DNA from: Sphaerochaeta sp.
GTDB taxonomy: Bacteria > Spirochaetota > Spirochaetia > Sphaerochaetales > Sphaerochaetaceae
Length of the DNA stretch: 64,000 nucleotides
Direction: 5' to 3'
Assembly: GCA_018399495.1 (NCBI GenBank)
Contig: JAGYOG010000009.1
Span: forward strand, 3,651-67,650
Each line of letters begins with the position of its first letter. Position 1 is the first letter of the stretch. The notes beneath the pieces are model-generated. The model was not told the DNA's origin. It saw only the letters and a list, made by a program, of their open reading frames with translations, and did not search any database. Below are positions 20,917 to 30,381 of the stretch, piece after piece. The translations under genes and the position numbers were made by a program.

Positions 20917-22278
20917 GGTTATTCGCTGTTTGTAGTGGGTAGAGCTACATGATTGGCTGTAGTGGAAGAGACAATTTGCTACAGACGTATGATCATATCT
21001 GGGCGAAGTTCCTCATGTTCTTGAAGCCTCTTGCACGACTCTGATTATGCTTATCTTTGCTTGAACTCCTCCAGGATGGTACATTGGTCCTCAATGTCTG
21101 GAAGTAGTTGAGACCTCTCAAACATGTCTCCTGTCAGCACGTTATGAACTTGGCAACTTCCATGACAGGAGAGTTCGCGAATTTGATGACCATCTCCTCA
21201 AAAGTTGATATCATTTCTTCAATTGTAGGAATTGTGTGTCTCATAGAAACTGCAGTTCAAGACGGCAGCTGTATGCCTGAAACTGTGTCCAGATACTCTA
21301 CCCTCCAACAACTGTGTTAGCCGTAAGTTGCTTGTCGGTGAGATTGTCGGGGTTCTTCAGCCAGATGTACCGGGTCTCTTCAGATCCTTGGCCCCGGTGG
21401 CGTCCTGCTGCGCAGCTCCTGTTTCCTGGTACTATCCACGGCATCACAATTCTTGACCACAAGGAATCTTGGTTCACAGACAACGGCATTGGGGAAGCCT
21501 CCCCATCGCATTTATGAAAGCCAGGATCAAGTCGCTGGTCGCCACCTCCACCTTTCTGGCGTACCGTTCTTTCCTTGAAACGCCCAAGAAAGCGCATAAA
21601 CAGCATCCTTGTCTTTTCCTTCCGTTACAAAGAAGAGAACCCTTCCTTTTCCCGCCTGCTTGCGCCGTCCCTTCCCATCAAAAGTGACGAGATGCTGCCA
21701 GGATGGGAGAGGAAGACCGTTATGTAGTTGTGGCCCTTATGGCTGTACTGTCGATCTTTCATTGCACTGACATCCGAGAAGTCCATCCTTGAGGCCCTCC
21801 ATGTGGTAGTCGACCAAGCGCCACATTCCTGCACGTTTCGCTGATTTCCCGCCACGCTGACCGGGCATATGCTTGACCAAGGTGAGTATCACACCTCCAT
21901 CATCAGCGTAAACCCGCTTCCGCTGCGGGCCCAGGGGACCGCAACAGTCTTGACCTCTGCAAGCTATCGGCAATGACCCTGGGAACCCTCGCCGTGATGT
22001 AGCAACGATACTGGAAGAAATTGAGATGCCTCCTACGTTTTTTCCCGGGTATCGACCTTGCACTTTCCCTTCTCCTCAAACCCGTACGCGAATGTTGCCC
22101 CTCTGCGAAATCAATCTTGGATATGCAGTTCCATCAAAGTGGGATTCCGCTTGGCAGGTACCATCTCGATTGCAGGTGATATGCCATGGTTCTCAATACA
22201 GAGTTTGTTTTTTAACAATTTCTGGAAATGGGGGTCGATCATCTGCTGTACTCCTTGCAGACACCATAGCAGATAACC
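20917..22278 (-). mobile_element. ISL3 family insertion sequence with frameshifted transposase
   Basis: Ends GGTTATTCGCTGT / GGTTATCTGCTAT (imperfect IR), 1362 bp; fragments SHKGHNYITVF, RYIWLKNPDNLTDKQ; no target duplication visible. Confidence 0.8.
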
Positions 22279-22390
22279 CCTCTGTTTTGAATATTCTATT
22301 GGCCCTTACCCACCATGAACAGCGAAAGCGTCATTTTTTACCTTTCACACCGCTGTTTTAGGCCCTGTTTTCAACTGCGAAAAATGAGTT

Positions 22391-22921
22391 ATGTATCTGG
22401 AGATGGATATGAACAAGACTCTTTGTTGGACCAATTATGAGTGGATGGATAATCTGCCTGACACGGTATACCTCAGTGATATGCAGAACTATGATCTGCT
22501 CTACTTGAACAAGGTTGGAAGAGAACGTCATTCTCCTGATGCAAGTTATATAGGTAAGAAATGTTATGAGGTGATTTTTCATCGAAATCAAGTCTGTGAA
22601 TATTGTAGATTGCATTCACTCAGTTACGAGACCTATAGTTTTTGGCAACAAGGCCGATGAGGCCGGGAACGCTTTTGGTTATGCAAAGAAAAACTGGATT
22701 CTCTTTCAATGAGAAAACCCGCAAAACTTGTGATTCTTGTAGACCAAATCTGAAGCAAGCAAAGCAGATTGCTGAGAAAGAAGTTTTCATCCAATAATAA
22801 TGTTACACCTCTCCTGATCAGCTTATTTCAAATGAATTGCAACGTAGTGATTCATCCTGGGATTATGATGTTGCTCATGATTTAGTTTGACATTTGTTAT
22901 CGATGCCAATGCCATATTTCT
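22391..22921 (+). pseudogene. Middle (PAS-like) part of the interrupted c-di-GMP gene
   Basis: DTVYLSDMQNYDLLYLNK...GKKCYEV...CEYC sensor motif; frame lost after 22660. Confidence 0.6.
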
Positions 22922-25183
22922 TTGAACAGGTGCATGGCTTTCAATAGAAATGAAATGGTTACAGCACTACACAAAGATGATCGATTTACATTTCGTGAAG
23001 AGCTTAGAAAACGTATTACAACACAAAATGGAACACCAATACAGGTTCGTTTGAAGCTTTCCAGCAATGTATTCATACCTGTATTGTTTTCCTGGCATTA
23101 TATGCATCAACGCATTGGTGGAAAGGTGGTTCGTTTTTCTCCTTCAGGATTTTCCCAACCGGAGAACTTCTTAGCTGAAATCTTGCAAGATTTCACAGTC
23201 GCACTGCTTCACATTGCCTTGGAGCATGAAAAATCCACCTTGCTAATGGCGAATAGAAAATTCCTGGAAATGTTCCAGACTGAGCTATCAACGCTTGAAA
23301 ATGATCCACTTGGATGGCTTTTGCCTTCAGGGAAAATAAGCTTGCTTTCTTGTATTGATAACATGAGGGAGAATCACCTACGTAATGAAACGTTCATGGT
23401 TGTCGGTGGTGGTAACCAGTACTTATCCGTCACATGCCAACTAGGGAATTGTTTTGGGTATGTGCAGATGATCACCCTTAGTCTCCAGGATGTCAGTCGT
23501 GAACAGAAGTTGCAACAGTTGAACAAACGCATGCTTCCCTACATAGAAAAGAGTAGGGAAGGGATTGCGGTATTTTCCTTGGAATCATACTCCCTGGAGT
23601 TGCAGTATGCCAACGAGACATTGGCAACTCTGTTGAGATATGAACGGGAAGAGCTGACAACAAAATTCAAGAACAATGCAATACAACTGTTCTTCCCTGA
23701 GGACAGGACACTCTTGCTTCGTCATGTGGAACGACAGAGTATGATGAACACTACGGTACCAGTTCCTTTCAATCTACGTCTTGTTGCGAAGGATGATGCT
23801 GTGCTGTGGTGCAGGATCACGTTCCGTCAGATGGGGATTCAAGGAAGGGGAGAGCCATTCAGCCTCCTGATAGAAGACCTCTCAGAATCGATGCATGATG
23901 AAGCCATATTGCAAGAAGTCCAGGAACAACTCTCCTTTGCTTTGAACCACAATCTAATAACAGGACTATACACCCGTCAGAGGTTTTACGAAGCTTGTCG
24001 TGAATATCTCGATACCCATAAGAACATTTCCTTTGTCATGGTGTATTGGAACATCGACAGGTTTTCAGTATTGAATGAACTTTTTGGATTTGATCGTGGA
24101 AATCAGGTTCTGCAAGTTGTTGCTCGCTCCTTGCGTGAATTCATCAAGGATTCAGGGGTCTATGGACATATCGGTGCAGACCACTTTGCTGCTTGTATAC
24201 CAAAAAAGATGAGCAGTGCCAAAAAGCTAAAGAAAGCCATTGATATTAAACATCTCGGTGAAGAGATTGGATACCATCTCTCCATGGTCTTTGGTTTGTA
24301 TGAAATCGAGGATCCCAGCCAAAACATTCCATCACTCCTGGATAAGGCACATAGTGCTTCAAAAATTTCACGGTTCCAAAACAGGGAAGGGTATGCGTTC
24401 TACGAGCCATCCATCCGTAGTGACACGTTCAACGAGCAGGATGTACTGAATGAGATGCAGCAAGCGTTGGAAAATGACCAGTTTACCTTCTTTCTGCAAC
24501 CCATCTTTGATCTCCAGGAGATGCATATCAGCTCAGCGGAAGCGCTGTCTCGATGGGTGCATCCTACGCGTGGTGTGATTCCCCCAGACAAATTCATTCC
24601 TGTTTTTGAGAAATATGGATTCATCACTACCCTGGACCTGTCGATCCTTTCCCGTGTGTGTGCATTCATAGCCGACAATCATGTCGAAATTCCGATTTCC
24701 ATCAATCTGAGCAGGATAGATGTGAACAACAGGATAGTGGATCTAATCCTACAAACCACTGAAAAATTTGCAGTGGACCATTCGCTCATCCAGTTTGAAA
24801 TTACCGAGAGTGCCTACATTGACAACCCGGTACAGATGTCAGAGTTGGTTGGTGAATTGCAAGGACACGGATTCACCATCTTGATGGATGACTTTGGTAG
24901 TGGCTACTCTTCCCTGCATATGCTCTCTACACTACCGATGGATATCATAAAGATCGACCGTTCGTTCATTTGTGAAATTGGCGTCAATATGCGCTCCAAA
25001 GCTGTTCTGTCCTCAATCATACAAATGGGAAGACACCTTGGTTTGCCTATGGTAATTGAAGGAATAGAGAATGAGGAACAACATCAGTTCCTCCTTGAAT
25101 CAGAGGCTCTGAACGTGCAGGGATTCTATTATCAGCGACCTATGGAACAAGAAGCTTTCTTGAACTTGTTCACACATGCTTGA
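22922..25183 (+). CDS. PAS-PAS-GGDEF(degenerate)-EAL phosphodiesterase (3' part of the larger gene)
   Basis: GADHF in place of GGDEF; intact QP, EAL, EITES, DDFGSGYSS, KIDRSF, EGIE, QGF. Confidence 0.88.
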   Translation: MNRCMAFNRNEMVTALHKDDRFTFREELRKRITTQNGTPIQVRLKLSSNVFIPVLFSWHYMHQRIGGKVVRFSPSGFSQPENFLAEILQDFTVALLHIALEHEKSTLLMANRKFLEMFQTELSTLENDPLGWLLPSGKISLLSCIDNMRENHLRNETFMVVGGGNQYLSVTCQLGNCFGYVQMITLSLQDVSREQKLQQLNKRMLPYIEKSREGIAVFSLESYSLELQYANETLATLLRYEREELTTKFKNNAIQLFFPEDRTLLLRHVERQSMMNTTVPVPFNLRLVAKDDAVLWCRITFRQMGIQGRGEPFSLLIEDLSESMHDEAILQEVQEQLSFALNHNLITGLYTRQRFYEACREYLDTHKNISFVMVYWNIDRFSVLNELFGFDRGNQVLQVVARSLREFIKDSGVYGHIGADHFAACIPKKMSSAKKLKKAIDIKHLGEEIGYHLSMVFGLYEIEDPSQNIPSLLDKAHSASKISRFQNREGYAFYEPSIRSDTFNEQDVLNEMQQALENDQFTFFLQPIFDLQEMHISSAEALSRWVHPTRGVIPPDKFIPVFEKYGFITTLDLSILSRVCAFIADNHVEIPISINLSRIDVNNRIVDLILQTTEKFAVDHSLIQFEITESAYIDNPVQMSELVGELQGHGFTILMDDFGSGYSSLHMLSTLPMDIIKIDRSFICEIGVNMRSKAVLSSIIQMGRHLGLPMVIEGIENEEQHQFLLESEALNVQGFYYQRPMEQEAFLNLFTHA

Positions 25184-25219
25184 CAGTTTTCCTTTGTTTA
25201 TGATAGGTTCTGATTCATC

Positions 25220-25291
25220 GGCCGGATAGCTCAGCGGGAGAGCGGTTGCCTTACACGCAACTGGTCGGGGGTTCAAATCCCTCTCCGGTCA
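25220..25291 (+). tRNA. tRNA-Val(TAC)
   Basis: GGCCGGA/TCCGGTC acceptor stem, D arm AGCTCAGCGGGAGAGC, anticodon arm GTTGC-CTTACAC-GCAAC, T loop GGTTCAAATCC; CCA not encoded. Confidence 0.95.
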
Positions 25292-25292
25292 T

Positions 25293-25326
25293 AAACGCAC
25301 TCTGTAAAGAGTGCGTTTTGTCTTTC
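25293..25326 (+). terminator. Rho-independent terminator after tRNA
   Basis: AAACGCACTCT-GTAA-AGAGTGCGTTT followed by T-rich tail. Confidence 0.8.
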
Positions 25327-25391
25327 ATAGGAGTACTATTGCCGCTCGATGTGCTTGTGATTATAGTACTATCAAATAGTGAGGGGATGGT

Positions 25392-26201
25392 ATGGATCTG
25401 ACGTTGTTGATCTGGTACTTTTTCAGTTATTCCATTCTAGGATATGTCGTTGAGGTGCTCTATTGTTCCATTGGACAGAGAACGTTCGTGAACCGTGGTT
25501 TTCTCCATGGTCCCTATTTGCCTATTTATGGATTTGGAGCACTGTTTATACTCTTCGTTTTCACCAGAATCACAACACATCCAATTATGCTGTTTTTCAT
25601 TGCCATTATAGGCACCAGCATACTTGAATATGCTACGGGGTGTATCGCTGAAAAACTTTTTTCCATAAGGTTATGGGATTACTCCTCCTATCCTTTCAAC
25701 ATAAAGGGAAGAGTGTGCCTGCTCAACTCTACGCTCTTTGGATTACTCTCTTTGATGGTTGCCTATGGCATCCATCCATATCTGGTGGAAGTAATAGAAG
25801 CTATTGACCCAGGTGTACTAGAGCATGGTGCAATGGTAATCATGCTGTTGTTCAGTATTGATACCACCAGTTCTGTGTTCCGAATGAGTGCCTTCCAGAA
25901 ACAACTTAGTGAGTTCAGGGAGAAGCGAAATGAGATTGAGAACCGAATCAAAATACTACATGATTTCAAGGAAAACAAGATGCTTGAAGGATTGCGCGTA
26001 AAGTTGGATACTGAATTGGATGAGTTGCGACTGCGACTTAGCATTTCAGCCAAACGGATTTTTAATGCATTTCCTTCGCTTACCAGCGGTAATGAGGAAA
26101 AACGGTTATTGTTGGAAACCTTGAGAAGAACCATACGGGAACATACATTGCATAAGAAAATTCATGGTAGCAAGAGGAGGAGCAAAAAGCGTGATGATTG
26201 A
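25392..26201 (+). CDS. Putative ABC transporter permease (CmpB/TMEM229-like membrane protein) with coiled-coil tail
   Basis: YSILGYVVE, NRGFLHGPYLPIYGFG, LWDYS, NIKGRVCL. Confidence 0.8.
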   Translation: MDLTLLIWYFFSYSILGYVVEVLYCSIGQRTFVNRGFLHGPYLPIYGFGALFILFVFTRITTHPIMLFFIAIIGTSILEYATGCIAEKLFSIRLWDYSSYPFNIKGRVCLLNSTLFGLLSLMVAYGIHPYLVEVIEAIDPGVLEHGAMVIMLLFSIDTTSSVFRMSAFQKQLSEFREKRNEIENRIKILHDFKENKMLEGLRVKLDTELDELRLRLSISAKRIFNAFPSLTSGNEEKRLLLETLRRTIREHTLHKKIHGSKRRSKKRDD

Positions 26202-26877
26202 ATTACGGGAACACTACCAAGAGATACAGGAAACCTTGGCCGAAGCTGCCAGAAAGGCAGGGAGAGAACCAGAAGCTATTCGACTGATGGCAGTAAGCAA
26301 GACGCGTACTTACCAGGAGATGTTGGAAATTTTCTCGTGTGGACAGCTCCTCTTTGGGGAAAACCGCGTACAGGAAGTACAGGAAAAAGTACCACAATTG
26401 AGAAGAGAAGGGATGCGTCTGCACTTAATTGGACACCTGCAGTCAAACAAAGCAAAAAAAGCCATAGAGCTTTTTGATGGCATTGATAGTGTCGATTCCC
26501 TGAAACTTGCCAATAAACTTGATGGATACCTTACCCGTCCCTTCCCCATCTTGCTTGAGCTTAAGACCGCTGAAGAGGACTCCAAGAGTGGATTTTCTTC
26601 TCAAGATGTGCTCTTCTCTGCTCTTGATACCATCATGAAAAGTTCGTATCTCCAAGTACGTGGACTAATGACCATTGGACCCTTGGATGGGGATGAGAAG
26701 AAGGTGAGAGTAGCTTTCTCTCGACTGAGAAATACGTTTGATGCGGTACAAACACGGTTTGCTCCTCCGGGGTTTGATACCTTGAGCATGGGTATGAGTG
26801 GAGACTATCGTCTTGCAATCGAGGAAGGTTCCAATCTTGTTCGTATAGGAACGAAACTGTTTGGAAATCGGGGGTAA
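26194..26877 (+). CDS. yggS: PLP homeostasis protein
   Basis: AVSKT, FGENRVQE, HLIGHLQSNK, GLMTIG, LSMGMSGD, VRIGT. Confidence 0.93.
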   Translation: MIELREHYQEIQETLAEAARKAGREPEAIRLMAVSKTRTYQEMLEIFSCGQLLFGENRVQEVQEKVPQLRREGMRLHLIGHLQSNKAKKAIELFDGIDSVDSLKLANKLDGYLTRPFPILLELKTAEEDSKSGFSSQDVLFSALDTIMKSSYLQVRGLMTIGPLDGDEKKVRVAFSRLRNTFDAVQTRFAPPGFDTLSMGMSGDYRLAIEEGSNLVRIGTKLFGNRG

Positions 26878-26879
26878 GC

Positions 26880-27221
26880 ATGCATCGAGCCATAGCAATC
26901 CTGCTGCTTCTCCTCCTGGTCTTCCCGTTACAGCTTTCAGCTGACCAGCTTAAGAGCTACGAGCCGTATGAGGAAGAAGAATTCCCCCTCTGGAGTTATA
27001 AGGTCAGGAGAGCAGAGACCCTCTTCTTTGGTTCCTTGGTCATCACCCTTCCTATTGCAGCATTGCTGTACCGTGTTGCAGTGGAAACGGATATCATTAC
27101 TACTCCATCGAGTGAGTTGCAAGGGTTCCTGATGCAGGGATCCATAGCGGCCGGTCTTTCACTGGGTATATCTCTTGCCGATTACATCATCGGTGAAGTG
27201 GGGAATGCAGATGAGCGTTAA
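26880..27221 (+). CDS. Hypothetical membrane protein
   Basis: Signal peptide plus two hydrophobic segments; tightly coupled within the yggS-rluD operon. Confidence 0.7.
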   Translation: MHRAIAILLLLLLVFPLQLSADQLKSYEPYEEEEFPLWSYKVRRAETLFFGSLVITLPIAALLYRVAVETDIITTPSSELQGFLMQGSIAAGLSLGISLADYIIGEVGNADER

Positions 27222-28218
27222 GGAAGGCAGGGTTGACCTGGTTGTTGAACCATTGGAACAACCCATTCGGTTGGATATCTATGTGGCAAGCCATACTGAA
27301 TGTATCTCACGTTCTACCTTGAGTGAGGCAGAGACGGTGATTCAACTCAACGGGAAGCTAAGCAAGAAGAGTAAACTTGTCAGTGAAGGGGATCATATTT
27401 CCATCCTCTATAGCCAGAGCTTCTTTGCTGGCATTGAAGGAGAAGACATCCTTCTCAATGTATTGTATGAGGATGAAGACCTCCTAGTGATCAACAAGGA
27501 ACAGGGGATGGTGGTGCACCCTGCAAATGGGAATATGGAACACACTTTGGTCAATGCGTTGGTCCATCGGTATGGCAAGCAGTTCTTTGAGGAACTGCAG
27601 GATGATACCGACGATGAACAAGAGGTGGACCTTTCAAGCCCTGCGGTACGTCCTGGCATTGTACATCGTCTGGACAAGGACACCAGTGGGGTATTGGTGG
27701 TTGCACGAAATCGTATAAGTCATAGACATCTCTCTGCACAGTTCAAGGACAGAACGACTAAGAAGGTGTATATTGCCCTGGTCAAAGGGGTATTCAAGAA
27801 TAAGCAGGGTGTTATTGAGAACCATCTGAAACGTGACTCAAAGGACCGAAAGAAATTTACCACTTGCGAAGATACTGAGGGTCGGTATGCGAAGACAGAG
27901 TATCAGGTTCTGAGACAGTACCCCGGCTTCGCCCTCTTGAGAATCATCCTGCATACAGGGAGAACCCATCAGATCAGGGTGCATTTGAGCAAGGCTGGAC
28001 ACCCGATCATCGGAGACCCCATCTACGGGAAGGAGGATGGGCAGACCTTGATGTTGCACGCTCTGCTTCTTGAACTGGAAAGCCCTTCAACAGGTAGAAG
28101 CATTCGCATTACAGCTACAATGCCAAATCGGTTTCGCTCGTATCTGCGTGCTACTCGTCTTCCCTCCAATTCTGGCGCTCGGTTTCAATCTTCCCCAACT
28201 GCAAAAGGTCGTGGTTGA
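27205..28218 (+). CDS. RluA family pseudouridine synthase (RluD-like)
   Basis: RPGIVHRLDKDTSG, TGRTHQIRVH, GDPIYG. Confidence 0.92.
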   Translation: MQMSVKEGRVDLVVEPLEQPIRLDIYVASHTECISRSTLSEAETVIQLNGKLSKKSKLVSEGDHISILYSQSFFAGIEGEDILLNVLYEDEDLLVINKEQGMVVHPANGNMEHTLVNALVHRYGKQFFEELQDDTDDEQEVDLSSPAVRPGIVHRLDKDTSGVLVVARNRISHRHLSAQFKDRTTKKVYIALVKGVFKNKQGVIENHLKRDSKDRKKFTTCEDTEGRYAKTEYQVLRQYPGFALLRIILHTGRTHQIRVHLSKAGHPIIGDPIYGKEDGQTLMLHALLLELESPSTGRSIRITATMPNRFRSYLRATRLPSNSGARFQSSPTAKGRG

Positions 28219-28759
28219 ACATTCGCTCGATTCTCAATTTGCTTGCTGTTCCATGTCCAGGAAAGAGTAAGATATTTTCGTCGAGTGACATTAGTTTTTG
28301 ATTGATGGATGAGATGAGCAATGCCTGTTCCCTATACCCTGGGGTAGAACCAATCCTCCCGCAGAGTAGTGTGTCTCCGGTAAACAATGCATGATCTATT
28401 CTATAGACCATGCTGTCCAAGCTATGCCCTGGAACATGTATAACCTCAATTTCCAACCCACAAAGCTGGAGAATTTCTGCATCCTCAATTGGATGATAGA
28501 GAAACTCATAACTGCTGAATGCGGATGCGTGTACCTCAACATCGTAGATCTTTTTCAATGTGCCAAGCCCTTCTGTATGGGATGGATGGCGATGGGTAAG
28601 CAAGACGTGTTTCAGCCGGTAGCGGTTTGCTTCAATCAAGTTTATCAACTCAGCATCGACATGTCCTGGGTCTATCAAGAGAGCATCGCTGCCTTCTTTT
28701 CGGGCAACTAGATACGTATTGCAGAATCCTACAACAGAGAAATGTTGGTAGATGTTCAA
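28151..28759 (-). CDS. MBL-fold metallohydrolase
   Basis: LIDPG, LTHRHPSH, PGHS, FTGD, PGHG; TTG start with GGAGG. Confidence 0.85.
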   Translation of the reverse strand: MNIYQHFSVVGFCNTYLVARKEGSDALLIDPGHVDAELINLIEANRYRLKHVLLTHRHPSHTEGLGTLKKIYDVEVHASAFSSYEFLYHPIEDAEILQLCGLEIEVIHVPGHSLDSMVYRIDHALFTGDTLLCGRIGSTPGYREQALLISSINQKLMSLDENILLFPGHGTASKLRIERMFNHDLLQLGKIETERQNWREDE

Positions 28760-29340
28760 AAGCGTGCCTCCTCCCAATTGGAGTAGCGGTAGGAGATGCG
28801 TCTCCTGTCAGTATAAACAAAGTCGGTTTTCTTTAAGTTGCAGTCCTCAAAGTCGGTATCCCTAAGATAGCTGGAATTGAAGGTGGAAAAATAAAGATCA
28901 CAGTCACTGAATGAGCAACGTAATGTATCTATCCCACTGAAATTGGTATGCATAATCATACTGCCCGAGAAGTCACAGTCAATCATCTTGCTACCAGAAA
29001 AAACACTATAACGGGATATGATTCTGTTGAATTTGCATTTTTCAAACAGACAAAAATCAAAAAAACTGTTTAGCAAGGTAACTTGGGAAAAATCCACATT
29101 TCTAAAGGTGCACCATGCCATATTTGATGCTGAAATGGTCTTTTTGCCTAAGGTAAGATCCTCAAACTCACTGCCAGTCAGTGAATAGTCAATAATATCA
29201 TCACTCCCGGTTAGCCGGTCGACACAATCTTGATAGAGTTGTTCTTGATTTACACTGTGGCGAAAACAATAGTCCCCTTGTCCACATACATACGTATGGC
29301 AGTGGGGGTGAGAGCACGTTTTAAAACTGAACATAGCCAT
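28756..29340 (-). CDS. Pentapeptide-repeat protein with N-terminal Cys/His cluster
   Basis: Repeating xxFxx pentads (CTFRN VDFSQ, CDFSG, TNFSG, TDFED). Confidence 0.8.
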   Translation of the reverse strand: MAMFSFKTCSHPHCHTYVCGQGDYCFRHSVNQEQLYQDCVDRLTGSDDIIDYSLTGSEFEDLTLGKKTISASNMAWCTFRNVDFSQVTLLNSFFDFCLFEKCKFNRIISRYSVFSGSKMIDCDFSGSMIMHTNFSGIDTLRCSFSDCDLYFSTFNSSYLRDTDFEDCNLKKTDFVYTDRRRISYRYSNWEEARF

Positions 29341-29412
29341 ACAGTATCAAATACCTTCTGGTTGTCAAGAGCCCCGTTTGCAGATACAGTACTTCCTGGG
29401 AGCAATATATAG

Positions 29413-30381
29413 ATGCAAACAGGGCTGATAACCAGAGGAATCAACAATATCTATTCGGTGGAGTCTCAAGGGAACTCCTATCTTTGCCGTATCAAGGGAA
29501 AGCAGTTGTTCCAAGTTACTGATGAGTACAATCCACTTGCTGTAGGGGACCAAGTATCCTTTGTCCTCACCAATGAGGGAGAGGGGTTGATCACCGAAAG
29601 ACTCGAGAGGCGTAACAGCTTCCAGCGTTGGAATGCAAAGAAAGGATGTAACCAGACCGTGGTGGCAAACATGGATCTGGTGGTCTGTGTAAGCAGTGTA
29701 GAAAGTCCCCCTTTCAGGCCACGATTCATTGACCGGGTAATTGCTTGCTCTCGAAAGGCTCCGGTCATGATTATCTTGAACAAGAGCGATATCCTACTCA
29801 CTGAAGAGGAACATGAGCGTTTTACGCTTTATGGAAAACTTGGGTATCAGACTATGGCGGTCAGTGCTGCAAATGGAGAAAATCTCGAAAAGTTGCATGA
29901 AGTCCTCAAGGGAAAAACTGTTGCCTTTGTAGGCCAGAGTGGTGTGGGCAAATCCACTTTGATCAACCGATTGCTTGGAGCTGAACAAAAGACAGGTGAA
30001 ATTTCCCATAAGTATAATCGTGGCCGACATACAACCAATCATGCACTTTTATTACATGGCCCAGATTTTACCATTGCAGATACCCCAGGTGTGAGAGAGT
30101 TTCTCGTCCCTCATACCGACCCCCATGAATTGAGTGATGCATTCCCTGAATTTGCAGAGTTTAGGGGCTCTTGTACGTATGAAGGATGCCTGCATCAAGG
30201 AGAACCTGGGTGTATGGTCATGGAGGCAGTGGAACAGGATCTCATTCACCATGATAGGTATGAGAGCTACCTAAGGATGCTTGCCTCACTCGATGAGAAG
30301 AAACCTGAATGGATGGGAAAGAACGATCGTTCAAAATCCTGGGTCAAACGAATGGAGAGAGATGAATCACAAGAGTATTGA
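29413..30381 (+). CDS. rsgA: Ribosome small subunit-dependent GTPase A
   Basis: NKSD, GQSGVGKST, GRHTT, DTPG, C-x4-C-x-H-x5-C zinc site. Confidence 0.95.
   Translation: MQTGLITRGINNIYSVESQGNSYLCRIKGKQLFQVTDEYNPLAVGDQVSFVLTNEGEGLITERLERRNSFQRWNAKKGCNQTVVANMDLVVCVSSVESPPFRPRFIDRVIACSRKAPVMIILNKSDILLTEEEHERFTLYGKLGYQTMAVSAANGENLEKLHEVLKGKTVAFVGQSGVGKSTLINRLLGAEQKTGEISHKYNRGRHTTNHALLLHGPDFTIADTPGVREFLVPHTDPHELSDAFPEFAEFRGSCTYEGCLHQGEPGCMVMEAVEQDLIHHDRYESYLRMLASLDEKKPEWMGKNDRSKSWVKRMERDESQEY

Larger units (their letters stand above)
19453..22389 (-). mobile_element. DDE insertion sequence (IS4/IS701/ISH3-like) containing a nested ISL3
   Basis: Perfect 15-bp TIRs ACTCATTTTTCGCAG (19453-19467) and CTGCGAAAAATGAGT (22375-22389); 5-bp direct repeat TATGT on both flanks. 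Confidence 0.9.

Noticed and set aside
20909-22286. Target-site duplication for the ISL3
   Set aside because: Flanks ATTTTTTA and CCTCTGTT do not match
25220-25291. tRNA-Val as integration site of an island
   Set aside because: No integrase and no duplicate of the tRNA 3' end noticed in the window
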